Positions 51,849 to 64,000 of a stretch of DNA of 64,000 nucleotides are shown here, one piece after another (the first letter of the stretch is position 1; each line of letters begins with the position of its first letter). Made by a program: the position numbers and the translations under genes. A model generated the notes under the pieces. That model was not told where the DNA came from. It did not search any database and saw nothing but the letters and a program-made list of their open reading frames with translations. The stretch is from Owenia fusiformis. Its lineage: Eukaryota. The stretch is taken from contig CAIIXF020000001.1 in assembly GCA_903813345.2 (NCBI GenBank), positions 6,696,001 to 6,760,000 of the forward strand. Direction: 5' to 3'.

Positions 51849-54086
51849 CTGTAATTACAAAGGAGAATGTTTATAGTTTAATAAAACAAATCTTTCCCAA
51901 TAAAATGGACATATCATTCCCATATTATTCTAATACCCTGTTATTCACAAAGTTCACAAAGCTCTCCTTTATGAAGCCATGACTGGTGAACATGCAGTTA
52001 AAGTGATCACTTAAATATTATTTGGGAGAGCCTAGATTAGAATTTAATTGGAATGGACAATTCATGGAGTCATGACATAAAACATGTATGGATTTTAGAA
52101 TAAATGTAGTTACATGTATATCAAAGGTAGTCATACATACAAAGCTCTAAAATTACCAATAAGGTGAATATGATTTAATATTAAAGAAGTAATCGAGCAG
52201 AAAAATGAAAAAAAATGGGTGCTGCTGTGACTTCATTTTACTAATAACTAGAAATTAGTTAGGAGAGTATAGGATAGAGAACATATTTATTTCAAAACAG
52301 CACAACAATTTTTTTTCATTTTTGTACTACCTCTCTGACGATGTTAAAATAGTTCTAAAATTCCTGGGGCATGATCTGAGAAAGCTTCAGAAACTAGTTT
52401 GATCTGTAATACTTAATCAACAACGCCAAAACTTTGATACAACATAAATCATAACATTTACAAATGATTTTACCATTGAAATTGGTAATCAATGTTGTAT
52501 TTGATTTGTTTTTTAGGTAAAATCTCCTCGGAGCAACAAATTGTAAAACGTCAAGATTGATAATCACTGGGTTCAACATTACTACACGATTTCAAGATGA
52601 CGGTGTCAAATATTATGTTGATTTCTGGCGAGTTAACCAATATCATAACTTGCTATCTAAAAACAAGATAAAGAAATATGTAAGAAATTCAATTTTATCG
52701 AATAAAACATCACATCGACATGTGGGTTTCGTTTTAAGGCGTTGAAAATTATGAATATGGGGGTGACGTCACTGCATAGCTAGGGTGTTAATAAACAATT
52801 TCTGATCGGAAGACCTTGCAAAATCCTAAGTTTTCACTTATTTAAAACAGTTTGTTACGAATTACTTAATAAACTTAAAGAACTGCATGAGGTGAGCACA
52901 GGAGGCACAGATTGCACTGAACGAAGGCTAGGAGACTGCTTATTCATGCACATACATGTAAGTGTGACTAAAATACATTAAAACACTATTACGAGGACGT
53001 ATAATTTAATGAAACCATCCAAATTATATATTTATATAAACTAAAACCTATTTTCATAATTAAAAGCCTAAAGTTGAACATCTGTCAAAGTATTGGTCCT
53101 ATTGCTCGAGCACTGATCAACCTTTTGCAAGTGTTTAACTACCTTAACATTCCCTCTAGAAACAAAATTCCTTGTCCCATATATCTTAACAATCATCATT
53201 ATCAAATGATATCCATATTATCATGATGAAGAATACATGGAACAACGGAACAAAGAACATTCATTACTATGGAAAATGAGTGGATAGGATCGTCCTACAC
53301 TGATGTGGAAAATGTGTAAAAGTCTGTAGGCTTGAGCTCAATTTAATATAATATGCAATGAGATAATACATTCTTAATACTTACATCTGAAGTGTTTCTA
53401 AGAAATCAGGTAATCTATTGTCATTTATATATTTTGTTGTTTGTGATATATCATAGCTTTCTATATTTCACAATAATTATCATTAATATTCAATAATAAT
53501 AAATATATTATGCTATTTTTGTCAGATGGATGTGTTGGCTCTAAATCTTTCATTCCTTGTTAATTACATAGAAAAGTTGCTTATGAAAACAATTGAAGAG
53601 GCATTTCTGCTGACAAAGGTAATCTTCAATAGGTCAGGTGAAGTTCTGTTTGGTTAAATATGATCCGTATAAAAACTGTATGGTACTGCACAACATATTT
53701 AATCGAATTGATTAGAATACAAATCTGTTCATATAATCACAATATATAGTTAAACATTTGAAACTCCAAAAATTACACTGGATGAAAAGAATATACCATG
53801 TATGACTAGGAATACAGGAAATCAATTCCTAAATTGAAAAGGGTCTCTTCCTCCATCCCCAGAAATCGAAACAATTATTACATTACACCCCCCCCCCCTC
53901 TTTCTCTGTGGTCTTATATGAACAGTGGATCAATTATCTCCACACATCCAATGACCTGTGTATTTTTCAGTGAAATCTTAACTGGATTTTCTTGTTCCTG
54001 AAATGGTTTATGAAGTTCATATATTTAGAACAAAACATTGATAAGCATCAGAATGAGACCAGGTACTCATAAACTGTATTTTGATT

Positions 54087-54695
54087 GGGGGTCATTAACA
54101 GAACTTTCGTAAAGTTACGAATTCGCAAGTCAATTGTTAATTTTACGAATTTGGTAAATGTGCATTAACAGAACTTTTGTAAAGTTACGAACAATTCGCA
54201 AAGTTACGAAAAAATGACGTCACGTATGCTTTCATTCGTAACTTTAATAGCACCTCAGACCCTTTCATAACTTTGCGAATGGCACATTTCTCATCCAATT
54301 CTTATGTAAGGTATACAGGTTGGCAAAAAGAAATTGTTCTCTATATGCATGCTGAGTTTCAAGCTAAAATATCTACCTATTTGTACATGATAAGCAAATA
54401 TGTTCCTGAGCTGGGAATCTTTGAAATCGCGGAGACAGGTTTGATCACAGCGCGCAATGATATCAAATGACATCATATTTTTATTTGAGCTAAATAAGAT
54501 AAAAGATGACGTCACAATTTGAAATTCGTTTACGAACGATAAAACTTATGAATGACTTACGAAAGTGTTCTGTTAATGGCCGATTTGTAACTTTATGAAT
54601 TCGTAAATCATTCGTAACTTTTTAAATATTTACGAATTTCATAAAGTTACGAATTACGAATTCGTAACTTTGCGAAAGTTCTATTAATGACCCCC
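54087..54695. mobile_element. PIF/Harbinger-like MITE with multiple subterminal ttacgaa motifs
   Basis: gggggtcattaacagaactttcgtaaagttacgaattcg / cgaattcgtaactttgcgaaagttctattaatgaccccc. Confidence 0.75.
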
Positions 54696-55456
54696 TGGTT
54701 AATAGAGCATACCAAATAAGGTGTTGAAATTAAGTATTTCAATAATCGTATTCAGGTGTTTGCACTTTAAATTCCAATCTTTCAATCTAGAAAACTAGAG
54801 CTTTTGTCATCTGATAATGAGTTTCTAAATTTATCTATCATTGCTACAGTTCAAAAGCAATTAATCATTTAATTAAAAATAAGAACTTATCCCATGTCTC
54901 AACAGCCCAACATCCTGTATTAATGTATCTTAAAGTTTAAAATTAGAAAACACATTAAATCTGAATTAATATATTAGATAAGAATATCCAACCATTAAAA
55001 GGGAACAATGGAAGGGATTATGATCAAAGAACTAACACATTTTAATTGATATCACTTAATATATTTTATTCTAAAGAATCTATTAGAATGTGATATAATT
55101 CCCCAAAGCCTCTTCAAGGGTATCTTTGTTGAAATGACATGAACAGTTAATCCATTGAAATAATCTATGATCCCTTGTTGATGATCAACACTTGAAAATA
55201 TCTTAAAATGAACTTGATCGGGTAGTGAACATTAAAAGGAAATAGCAAGGCAGAGACCTCACTTTGATAAACAATCCTTGAAATTAATTGCAATTTTATT
55301 TGTTTCGAGGATATTTTGTAGGCTTATTCCCTTTTTCTTTTTTACAAGTATGCATGGTTTATTTAATTATAAGAAGACTTGCAGGAGAGCAGGTATGTGA
55401 GATTTGATTATAAAAAGACTTACTGGTAACAATAAAGCTGTCACATGACAAAATAA

Positions 55457-56064
55457 ACAAGGCATTAACATAACAAAATGTCACCACTAATATTATGACT
55501 TCAATCTTAAGTCAGATTCGAATTTCTGAGAACTTCTAGATGATTTCGATAAAAAATTGGTCAATTTGAAGCAAGTTGAAAAAAGACTCTTTTTGAACTT
55601 GAGAAGGTCTCTGAAGGTCATATATCAATTTGGTCAATTTGAAGCAAGTAAAAAATACCTTTTTTACCTTTTTTAACCTTGAGATGGTTAATTATTTCTT
55701 TGACCTTGAGAAGGTCATTGAAGTTCAAATCTCAAATCTATAGTCAGATAGACTATTGAGAACTTGTAGATGATTTTGAAAAAGAAATTTGGTCAATTTG
55801 AAGCAAGTTGGAAAAATACCTTTTTTGAACTTTTTTGACCTTGAAAAGGTCATTGAAGGTCAAATCTTAAATCTTAAGTCAGATTTGAACTTCTGATAAC
55901 TTGTAGATGATTTAAAAAACTGAAGTCAGTCTAAACAGTATTTGTTAAGTTATTGGAAGTTGTATAAGAATTTGTTACAGACGCCGCCCACCGATCACCA
56001 ACCACCACTGCCGATTGTAGTCAGAAAAAATGGAGACCATAACAATATGTCACCACTTTTGACA
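55457..56064 (+). mobile_element. HINE-like element with ~3-4 internal repeats
   Basis: acaaggcattaacataacaaaatgtcacc start; gtcaatttgaagcaag repeats; ggagaccataacaatatgtcaccac end. Confidence 0.75.
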
Positions 56065-56719
56065 TCACTTTTTGCTAATTTGGAAATTGGACACTTATAT
56101 TTGCCATTTGTAATTTATTTAGAATACACGGTCACTAAACACAGGTTGATATGCGGGGGAGGTGACCTTCTCAGTAAAGCAACCATACATTTATAAGGGG
56201 GGGGGGGCATTACATCACAACGTCACATTTTTTATATCACATTGCTATCATGTAACATGATATTTGAAACATGATTCATAATCAATTTTTCATTCATTTT
56301 ACCAATAAATTGCCAGAAATTTTTCCTTCTCAATGATTCAAAAGATTCTCCTAAAAATGTTCATCTAACATACTGTTAACATCCCTTTCACAGTTTCAAT
56401 CAATATTTCACCTAGATTCTGGTGTCTTTCTACTGGAGCACCATAAATGATTTGACTTATGTATGCTTACATATTTAACCTCATATTTACTGTCATAAAT
56501 TTTAATACAGAAGAGAAGAAAATAATAAAATGCTAATATTTCTTATTATAGAATTGCACTATGTTACACTATAAAAATGAATATAATGAATGGCTTTGAG
56601 ACAAGTTTTTTCCATTAGTTCCATCATTCACTTATTTGTGATATCAGAGATACCGTAACCAGCTTTGGACCACTTGAGATGAAGTTTCACATTCATCGCA
56701 TTAGATTATATTGCTTTAA

Positions 56720-57321
56720 AGGAATATTCCTTGCCAGACCCTTTCTCTCTTGATATGGTAGCTATAATCATATTTATAGTTTCCATATTTAGCAAAACAT
56801 GGGAAAATGTTTTAATATGGTCAATATTGATAATTTAAAAATCTAGTGCTTATTTCCAGTGAGCTGCCATCTTTTAAGATTTCTTGCAGGAAGTGATGTC
56901 ATCAACTCTCAACTTCTATAACCTTGCCCATAACAGCATAGGAAAGTAGCACAAAATCACTTCTAGACAAGTGATCATTACTTTCTGTGCAAAAATATTT
57001 TCAGGGCTTGTCAACTTAGAATAAAAGAAGAGATTTTCAGAAGGATTAAATAAGATACAAAGTTGAAAAAGAATATTTAGCTGGTTTTGTAATTCTTAAT
57101 AGCTCCTCACCTAATGCTATATGCAAAGTTGAGAGTTGATGACATCACTTCCTGTGTGAAATTTTAAAAGATGGCAGCTTACTGGAATTGAGCATCACAT
57201 TTCTAAGTGATCAAATTTGACCATATCAAAACATTTTTGCGTGTTTTGCTAAACATGGCAAGCATATATATGGTTATAGCTACCATATGAGGAGAGAGAT
57301 GGTTTGGCAAGGAATATTCCT
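56720..57321. mobile_element. TTAA-flanked MITE (Kolobok-like AG..CT termini), ~200-bp TIRs
   Basis: TTAA|aggaatattccttgcca...tggcaaggaatattcct|TTAA; inner arms caggaagtgatgtcatcaactctcaactt / aagttgagagttgatgacatcacttcctg. Confidence 0.8.
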
Positions 57322-58224
57322 TTAATTAAATGTGCAGTTTGATCAAATACGAAGTGTTATTGAGTGAAATAAAGAATGCAAATATTTACTTTTTATATTA
57401 CTTTATTTCAAAATCACAAAACAAAAAATGTTTATAGTATAAACCCCAGAAGATTTAAAGATTACAGTGTTGCGGAGCTTGGCTCAATAAGTTCAGAAAA
57501 AATGGAATTATTATTCCAGTGATAAGTTACCACTTCCTTTCATTAGAAGATAAACTAGAATTTTCATCCTAGAAATAGTTTAATCCTAAGGGAATGAAAA
57601 ATTAAGACATGGAAATATGTGTTTTTCATTCTCTGTTATAAAATAAACAAGGCTCTTTAATGTTAAGTCATCAGAAAAATATTACAAACTGGTTTTTATA
57701 ATGTGTGGATGCTTAATCAAATGTGAATTCCTTTCATCAAATACACCAGGTTCATACGCTATAAAAATAACTGGTGGTTACAGATAAACTAGAGGTACAT
57801 GAGATTTGACAACTCAGATTTTATAAGGTGTACTATCTAATCCTTTTTGCAACAGCCAATATTTTTTTATTCACATTCATCTAATTGACAAATAAATAAA
57901 ATACAATAAGACAAAACACATCAAAGTAGCGATGATACCCAAAAATAGATTTTTATACGATGAAGGAAACTTGAGAATTTGAAATAAACCTTTTCAGAGG
58001 TTTAAATTAAAGAATGTTTTGGACATACATACATACAAACAGGCAGATAAAATGAACAGACAAGCAGATACGCAACCACTCAACCAAGTTATCGTCCACA
58101 TCTTTATTGGCAGGGACTTAATAAAGAGCTGAGTATAAAAGATAAACACCATTTAATTATCAATATTACAAACTGAAAGAGTGAGATAAATTGTCTTTGT
58201 ATTCATAATTTCCATTGATGTTAA

Positions 58225-58416
58225 AGGGGCAGCAAATAACATTTAAAAGAATTTAAAAAGTTGGAAATAATCTTTTCACAAAATGTGCACATATTTTCTT
58301 CACAATCCTAAAATGAATACAAAAAGTAAATAAAGTAAAAACTTTTCTGAAAATTGGCATGAAATGAAAATAATATTGTAAAATTGTGACAATTCTTTAA
58401 AAGTTTTGTTGTCCCT
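58225..58416. mobile_element. Small TTAA-flanked MITE
   Basis: TTAA|aggggcagcaaa...tttgttgtccct|TTAA. Confidence 0.5.
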
Positions 58417-58806
58417 TTAAATAATCTTTAGTACTATGAATAAGTTGGGATTATCTCTGCTATGGCTAGTATATATAGGAGCAACAATGATTACATTATC
58501 ACTACAAAACAGTGAAGTGAAAACCAAGTGAACTGATGCACAGAGATAGGGATATTTACAGTTATAATATTGAAACAGTCTGCAAGTGCATTGAAGCAGG
58601 TAAAACCTTTGTTGCATTTTCATTAAATAATAACATAAGACTGAACATGTCATTTTTTAAGATTGCAAGCATTTTACAATGTTAGGGATAATAACTTTGA
58701 CCTTTGAATTATTTATTATATACTGGAGGAGTTAAATTGTACGTCGATTTGTAAAAGGTTACATTATTTTAACTGAAATATTTAAAGTATAAAAGTATAA
58801 GGATTG

Positions 58807-59981
58807 ACAAGGCATTAACATGACAAAATGTCACCACCTAAAGGTCAATTTGAAGCAAGTTGAAAACAGACCTTTTTGACCTTTTTTGACCTTGAGAAGG
58901 TCATTAAAGGTGAAATGTCAAATCTAGAGTCAGATTTGAATTTCTGAGAACATGTAGATGATTTTGAAAAAAAAATAAGTCAATTTGAAGCAAGTTGAAA
59001 AAAGAACTTTTTGACCTTGAGAAGGTCATTGAAGGTAAAATGTCAAATCTAAAGTCATATTTGAATTTCTGAGAACATGTAGATGATTTTGAAAAAAAAA
59101 TTTAGTCAATTTGAAGCAAGATGAAAAAATACCTTTTTGACCTTTTTTGACATTGAGAAGGTCATTCAAGGTCAAATGTCAAATCTAAAGTCAGATTTGA
59201 ATTTCTGGGAACATGTAGATGATTTTGAAAAAAAAATTTAGTCAATTTGAAGCAAGTTGAAAAAAGACCTTTTTGACCTTTTTTGACTTTGAGAAGGTCA
59301 TTGAAGGTAAAATGTCAAATCTTAAGTCAAATCTAAAGTCAGATTTGAATTTCTGAGAACACGTAGATGATTTTGAAAAAAAAATTTAGTCAATTTGAAG
59401 CAAGTTGAAAACAGACCTTTTTGACCTTTTTTGACCTTGAGAAGGTCATTGAAGGTCAAATGTCAAATCTTAAGTCAAATCTTAAGTCAGATTTGAATTT
59501 CTGAGAACACGTAGATGATTTTGAAAAAAAAATTTAGTCAATTTGAAGCAAGTTGAAAACAGACCTTTTTGACCTTTTTTGACCTTGAGAAGGTCATTGA
59601 AGGTCAAATGTCAAATCTAAAGTCAGATTTGAAGGTCAAATGTCAAATCTAAAGTCAAATCTAAAGTCAGATTTGAATTTCTGAGAACATGTAGATGATT
59701 TTGAAAAAAATTTAGTCAATGTGAAGCAAGTTGAAAAAAGACCTTTTTGACCTTGAGAAGGTCATTGAAGGTCAAATGTCAAATCTAAAGTCAGATTTGA
59801 ACTTCTGAGAACATGTAGATGATTTAGAAAAAAATTGAAGTCAGTCTAAACAGTATTTGTAAAGTTATAGGAAGTTGTAAGAAATTGTTACAGACGCCGG
59901 ACGCCAACCTCCAACCACCAACCGCCGTCACAAAAAAAACGGAGACCATAACAATATGTCACCACCGTGGTGACATAATAA
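58807..59981 (+). mobile_element. Full HINE-like element carrying a 7-unit satellite array (126-178-bp units)
   Basis: 5' acaaggcattaacatgacaaaatgtcaccacc; units start at about 58844, 58979, 59105, 59241, 59389, 59537, 59715; 3' hairpin tatgtcaccac-c-gtggtgacata then ataa. Confidence 0.85.
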
Positions 59982-60681
59982 ACTGTATACACATATCTAG
60001 GGGTGATATTTCATGAAAATTGTGAATTTGAAGAATCTTATCAGACTCTACAGGTAGAGCATCAGGTGCTATGATTGACAAATGTAAATTGAACAGAGAA
60101 AATGGTTGTGTTTTGCCAGTGCTCCATTATGGGCTTTGAGTTTTGGACCATATGATTATAGAATATTGTAATGTGATTTATGATAGAGTGCAAAATATAT
60201 GATGGTGTATAAAGTATCTTTTCTAGCATATTTCAAGAGGGTTTTTCTGAAATAAAATATATGACAGCCATTTTAACTTTTTAGCAGCAGTTTTAAAATT
60301 TGCTTCTCGAGGGGATTACAAAACCCATAAATTTGGGAAGCAGTAACTGAGTTATCACCTGGACAGACAAACAGATAGAAAGTTTCCCTCTATCTCCACT
60401 TGAACTTTGTTTGGTGGGATAATTATGCATTAACTGCAATATTCAATACATCAATTTAGCCATAGTTTGACTTGTATTTAATAAATGCATTCTTATTTTG
60501 TTGTTTTTTCAAATAGGCAACATATCAAAGAACGGACTGGCGCAAATTTAAGATACAAACGCAGAAGAGCTGAAATTATTGATATACAGTGAACTGAACT
60601 GAACTGATTATTTTGAATATAAATCACACCTGGAACAATCTACTCGTACAAGGATTTATTAAAGACCATAAACAAAATAAG

Positions 60682-62700
60682 ATGAACATGTACAACAAAC
60701 TAAAGTGGAACATGTTGATCCTGACAATTATGAGTACACAATCTACTGACTCCAAATATAAGACCAATTCTACAATATCAACTACTACAGAGGCTACTGG
60801 CGATGTCGCCATATTGGATGGTTCAATTAATCAAAATAAATCAGGAGTTAGTGCAAACCCAAATGTCAATGAAACAGAACAGCCAAATGTAAGTGCAAAC
60901 CCAAATGTTAGTGAAACAGAACAGCCAAACGTTAGTGCAAACCCAAATGTTAGTGAAACAGAACAGCCAAATGTTAGTGCAAACCCAAATGTTAGTGAAA
61001 CAGAACAGCCAAACGTTAGTGCAAACCCAAATGTTAGTGAAACAGAACAGCCAAACGTTAGTGCAAACCCAAATGTTAGTGAAACAGAACAGCCAAACGT
61101 TAGTGCAAACCCAAATGTTAGTGAAACAGAACAGCCAAACGTTAGTGTAAACCCAAATGTTAGTGAAACAGAACAGCCAACCGTTAGAGCAAACCCAAAT
61201 GTTAGTGAAACAGAACAGCCAAATGTTAGTGCAAACCCAAATATTAGTGAAACAGAACAGCCAAATGTTAGTGCAAACCCAAATGTTAGTGAAACAGAAC
61301 AGCCAAACGTTAGTGCAAACCCAAATGTTAGTGAAACAGAACAGCCAAACGTTAGTGCAAACCCAAATGTTAGTGACACAGAACAGCCAAACAGGAGTGG
61401 CCAAAAAAAACCAATACGTTTGAAAAGAAATGTGTATGAAACACTTTTAAACAAAGCTAAATGTGAAAACAATCCCGTTAAGCCTCTGTTCATCAATGAA
61501 ACATACGTACTAATTACTCGGGAAGATTATGGATGGCTAGTGCTCTGCATGAACAAAATCACCCCAAAAAAAGTTTGTCTGCCACCATACAACCCCAACA
61601 GTAGAAAATATGAAATTTATACAACAATGGGGATCATAACCGAGATTTATCTCTGCATTCCTCTATGTCTGCTTGGTATCGTTGGCAATGTTCTCTCATT
61701 CATAACTCTTTCTCGTGAAAAACAAAACACTAGCATACTAATTTTAAAATCCCTAGCTATAATTGACAGCCTATATTTGTTGTTGGTGGTTGTGTTTGAA
61801 CCTTACTACACTGCATATCATGATACTGATTGGTTGGATAAATCCTCACTTGACAAAGTCTCGCATTCATTCACAAAAGCTGCTACATATGCAGTGCCAG
61901 TCATTAACATGGCCCAAATGTGTAGTGCTTGGCTCATGGTTCTCCTCACCATTGATCGCTATGTTGCTATTTGCCATCCTTTCAAGGCTATCATTTATTG
62001 TACGTTAAGACGTGTTAGGGTTGGGATCTGTATCATCATCTTTACCTCGATTGTATATAACATCCCCATGTTCTGGGAGGTCAGTTTCACACAGGTCTAC
62101 CATGAGTGCCTTAAATTGCATATGTTCACAAAAGGGGTAGTCCGTGGCTCGGTGGGCCAACATATCCTTTTCAGAATCATCTATGGCCTTGCAGGCAATC
62201 TCATATTCCGTAATCTCCTCCCGGTTCTACTTGTCATTTCTTTCAATTGTCGCCTTATCCACTCTTTGAGAATCGCACGGCGTAACCATGACAAAATGAC
62301 AGCAAAACAAGATAACGATCTTGATAACCGAGATAAAAATATCACAGTTACTCTTGTGTCTATCTCATTTGTTTATCTCATCTGCATTCTACCAATGTTG
62401 GTTTTGAGCATGCTTGACATCCATTACAAATCAGTGCTTACACACAAAAATGACTATATTATTGATTATTATTATAAAGATGAAGGAGAAATTGCATCTT
62501 GGAAGGTCTACCTTAAGTTTGAGTTGGTTGTTCGCTTGTTGGTACGTGTCAACTCTGCCGTTAATTTCTTAGTTTATTGCACAGTCAGGAAGGGATTCAG
62601 AGGGAAACTAAAAAGCCTTTTCAAGAAAAGCATCAAAAGGGAAAGCTCTGTTCAAACCTTTACAAGTAATGTCTTAGAAAAATCAAATCAGAGAATTTGA
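60682..62700 (+). CDS. Rhodopsin-class GPCR, FMRFamide/peptide-receptor-like, single coding exon (~672 aa)
   Basis: First ATG at 60682 within ORF 60613-62700; splice acceptor at 60516. Seven hydrophobic segments with GIVGN (TM1), LAIID (TM2), IDRYVAICHP (TM3), YNIPMFWE (TM4), CILP (TM6), NSAVNFLVY (TM7). Confidence 0.92.
   Translation: MNMYNKLKWNMLILTIMSTQSTDSKYKTNSTISTTTEATGDVAILDGSINQNKSGVSANPNVNETEQPNVSANPNVSETEQPNVSANPNVSETEQPNVSANPNVSETEQPNVSANPNVSETEQPNVSANPNVSETEQPNVSANPNVSETEQPNVSVNPNVSETEQPTVRANPNVSETEQPNVSANPNISETEQPNVSANPNVSETEQPNVSANPNVSETEQPNVSANPNVSDTEQPNRSGQKKPIRLKRNVYETLLNKAKCENNPVKPLFINETYVLITREDYGWLVLCMNKITPKKVCLPPYNPNSRKYEIYTTMGIITEIYLCIPLCLLGIVGNVLSFITLSREKQNTSILILKSLAIIDSLYLLLVVVFEPYYTAYHDTDWLDKSSLDKVSHSFTKAATYAVPVINMAQMCSAWLMVLLTIDRYVAICHPFKAIIYCTLRRVRVGICIIIFTSIVYNIPMFWEVSFTQVYHECLKLHMFTKGVVRGSVGQHILFRIIYGLAGNLIFRNLLPVLLVISFNCRLIHSLRIARRNHDKMTAKQDNDLDNRDKNITVTLVSISFVYLICILPMLVLSMLDIHYKSVLTHKNDYIIDYYYKDEGEIASWKVYLKFELVVRLLVRVNSAVNFLVYCTVRKGFRGKLKSLFKKSIKRESSVQTFTSNVLEKSNQRI
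60847..61392 (+). repeat. Coding minisatellite, 13 x 42 bp (VSANPNVSETEQPN)
   Basis: 546 nt of near-identical units gttagtgcaaacccaaatgttagtgaaacagaacagccaaa(c/t), in frame within the GPCR N-terminus. Confidence 0.95.
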
Positions 62701-64000
62701 AATATGTTTACATGTACCATTCCTCTTGGTTATGGAACAATCACTTTGAAAAGAAAGCACAGGTTTATCATCTAAGTGAAACACAGACTGATGGTTATGC
62801 ATACCACACAAGATATTCCAGTGAAAATTTCACTAAAAAAAACAAGGCCATATGATATGTGGAGAAAAGCCATTGCACTGTTCATAAAAGACAAAGTGAG
62901 AGGCAAATATAAAAACTAAATGCTTACTGGTATATAGTAACATGAATGGTGCAAACCTGATCCATAGTGCGAAGAGCTCCACCCATTTTGTGGGGGGCCT
63001 TCGTAAAAAGTTCTGAAATCAGGGTGCTTGCTAGGATTTGGACCTTTTTGTTATAATTGAATTGTGAACCACATTATTTTCCTATATATGAAGAACATTA
63101 AGCTGATCTGGATGTAAACCTAAGTGATCCCAAATCAGTGCTTATTTTGCACCCTATAATAGAATAATATCATTATGTATACACCTATTTTATTCAGCTA
63201 TAGCGGGCTGCATTAAAACATTGTTCAGTAAATAAAACTAGGGTTATATTTCAGTAGTGTATTCCAGGCCCAGGATTCCAGGCTTGGTTAAAGACATCTG
63301 GGTGGTCAACATGTATCTATTATCTCCTAGTTTAAGGCAGCATTACTTGTGATTAGTCAATTAATCGAGTATGATCGAGTAAATAATTAAGTTTTGTAAC
63401 TCATGCTTTGTAACCACCTTGATTGAACATAGATGATAATACCAAGATGTTGCCGGGAAAATGTTTTCTGATGGGAAAAAGTGTAGAAGATAATAACTAC
63501 TTATATGAATAAATGTTTGTAATTCCAAGCTTTCTGTTTAATATGCTACACAAGCATTTATATTGCATCCATGATGTCTATCTGAATGAATGCATTGTAT
63601 CATAGATGAACAACTATTTATTGCTTATAATAAGTAACATGCTGCAAGTTAAGAACCAAATTAAATTCAAAATGTGAACTGTAAAATGATAAAGTAATAT
63701 TAAACCTACAATAATACCAATGAAAAACAATTTGTAAATAGGCTGTTTCTTGTTTTTATGAAATGGCCTATATGACAGATTAATGTCAAAAGTTTGTAAA
63801 ATTCTGTAAAAATAGAAACAATAATAAAATGTTGGGTGAAAAAGAATTGAATTTCTGTTTGGAGTATCTGATTGATCCAGTTTTAATTACTTATGGTGTT
63901 GTACCATACTGAAGACAATCCATCAAAAACTAATACCCTTGAAGCCCCATCTTTCTTTGGTTATAAAACAGAAACATGATATAACATAATTGAGTAATTG

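Noticed and set aside
53140-53170. Candidate upstream POLRMT exon end (LEGML.. followed by gtag)
   Set aside because: Lacks the RK end and phase-0 junction needed to join VIKQTVM, and the upstream sequence does not resemble POLRMT.
60847-61392. CRISPR-like appearance of regular repeats (also 5660-6287 and 58844-59830)
   Set aside because: Head-to-tail tandem repeats without unique spacers; eukaryotic context; no cas genes.
60831-61496. Long minus-strand and alternate-frame ORFs (221, 187, 85 and 88 aa)
   Set aside because: Shadows of the stop-free 42-bp repeat within the GPCR.

Overview
AT-rich animal genomic DNA with GT-AG introns and dense non-autonomous DNA transposons; probably a marine invertebrate such as a lophotrochozoan (inference only). 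By manual splicing I reconstructed six genes. (1) Three tandem, co-oriented + strand genes for small secreted proteins (about 282, 244 and 221 aa) made of unusual six-cysteine sushi/CCP domains plus EGF domains (14643-37314). (2) A secreted PAN/apple + F-type lectin gene with an altered fucose-binding motif (40095-41432). (3) The last six coding exons of mitochondrial RNA polymerase POLRMT on the - strand (46205-51848). (4) A rhodopsin-class, FMRFamide-receptor-like GPCR with an intronless CDS (60682-62700, +), apparently nested antisense in a POLRMT intron. Its N-terminus carries 13 x 14-aa N-glycosylation repeats followed by a furin-type RLKR site. A possible further Cys/Trp-rich gene fragment lies at 10610-11539. 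The non-coding DNA holds Tc1/mariner derivatives, TTAA-flanked and PIF/Harbinger-like MITEs, Helentron-associated (HINE-like) elements with internal tandem repeats, an 82-bp minisatellite and degenerate tRNA-like sequences. All models come from reading the sequence; no database searches were run.
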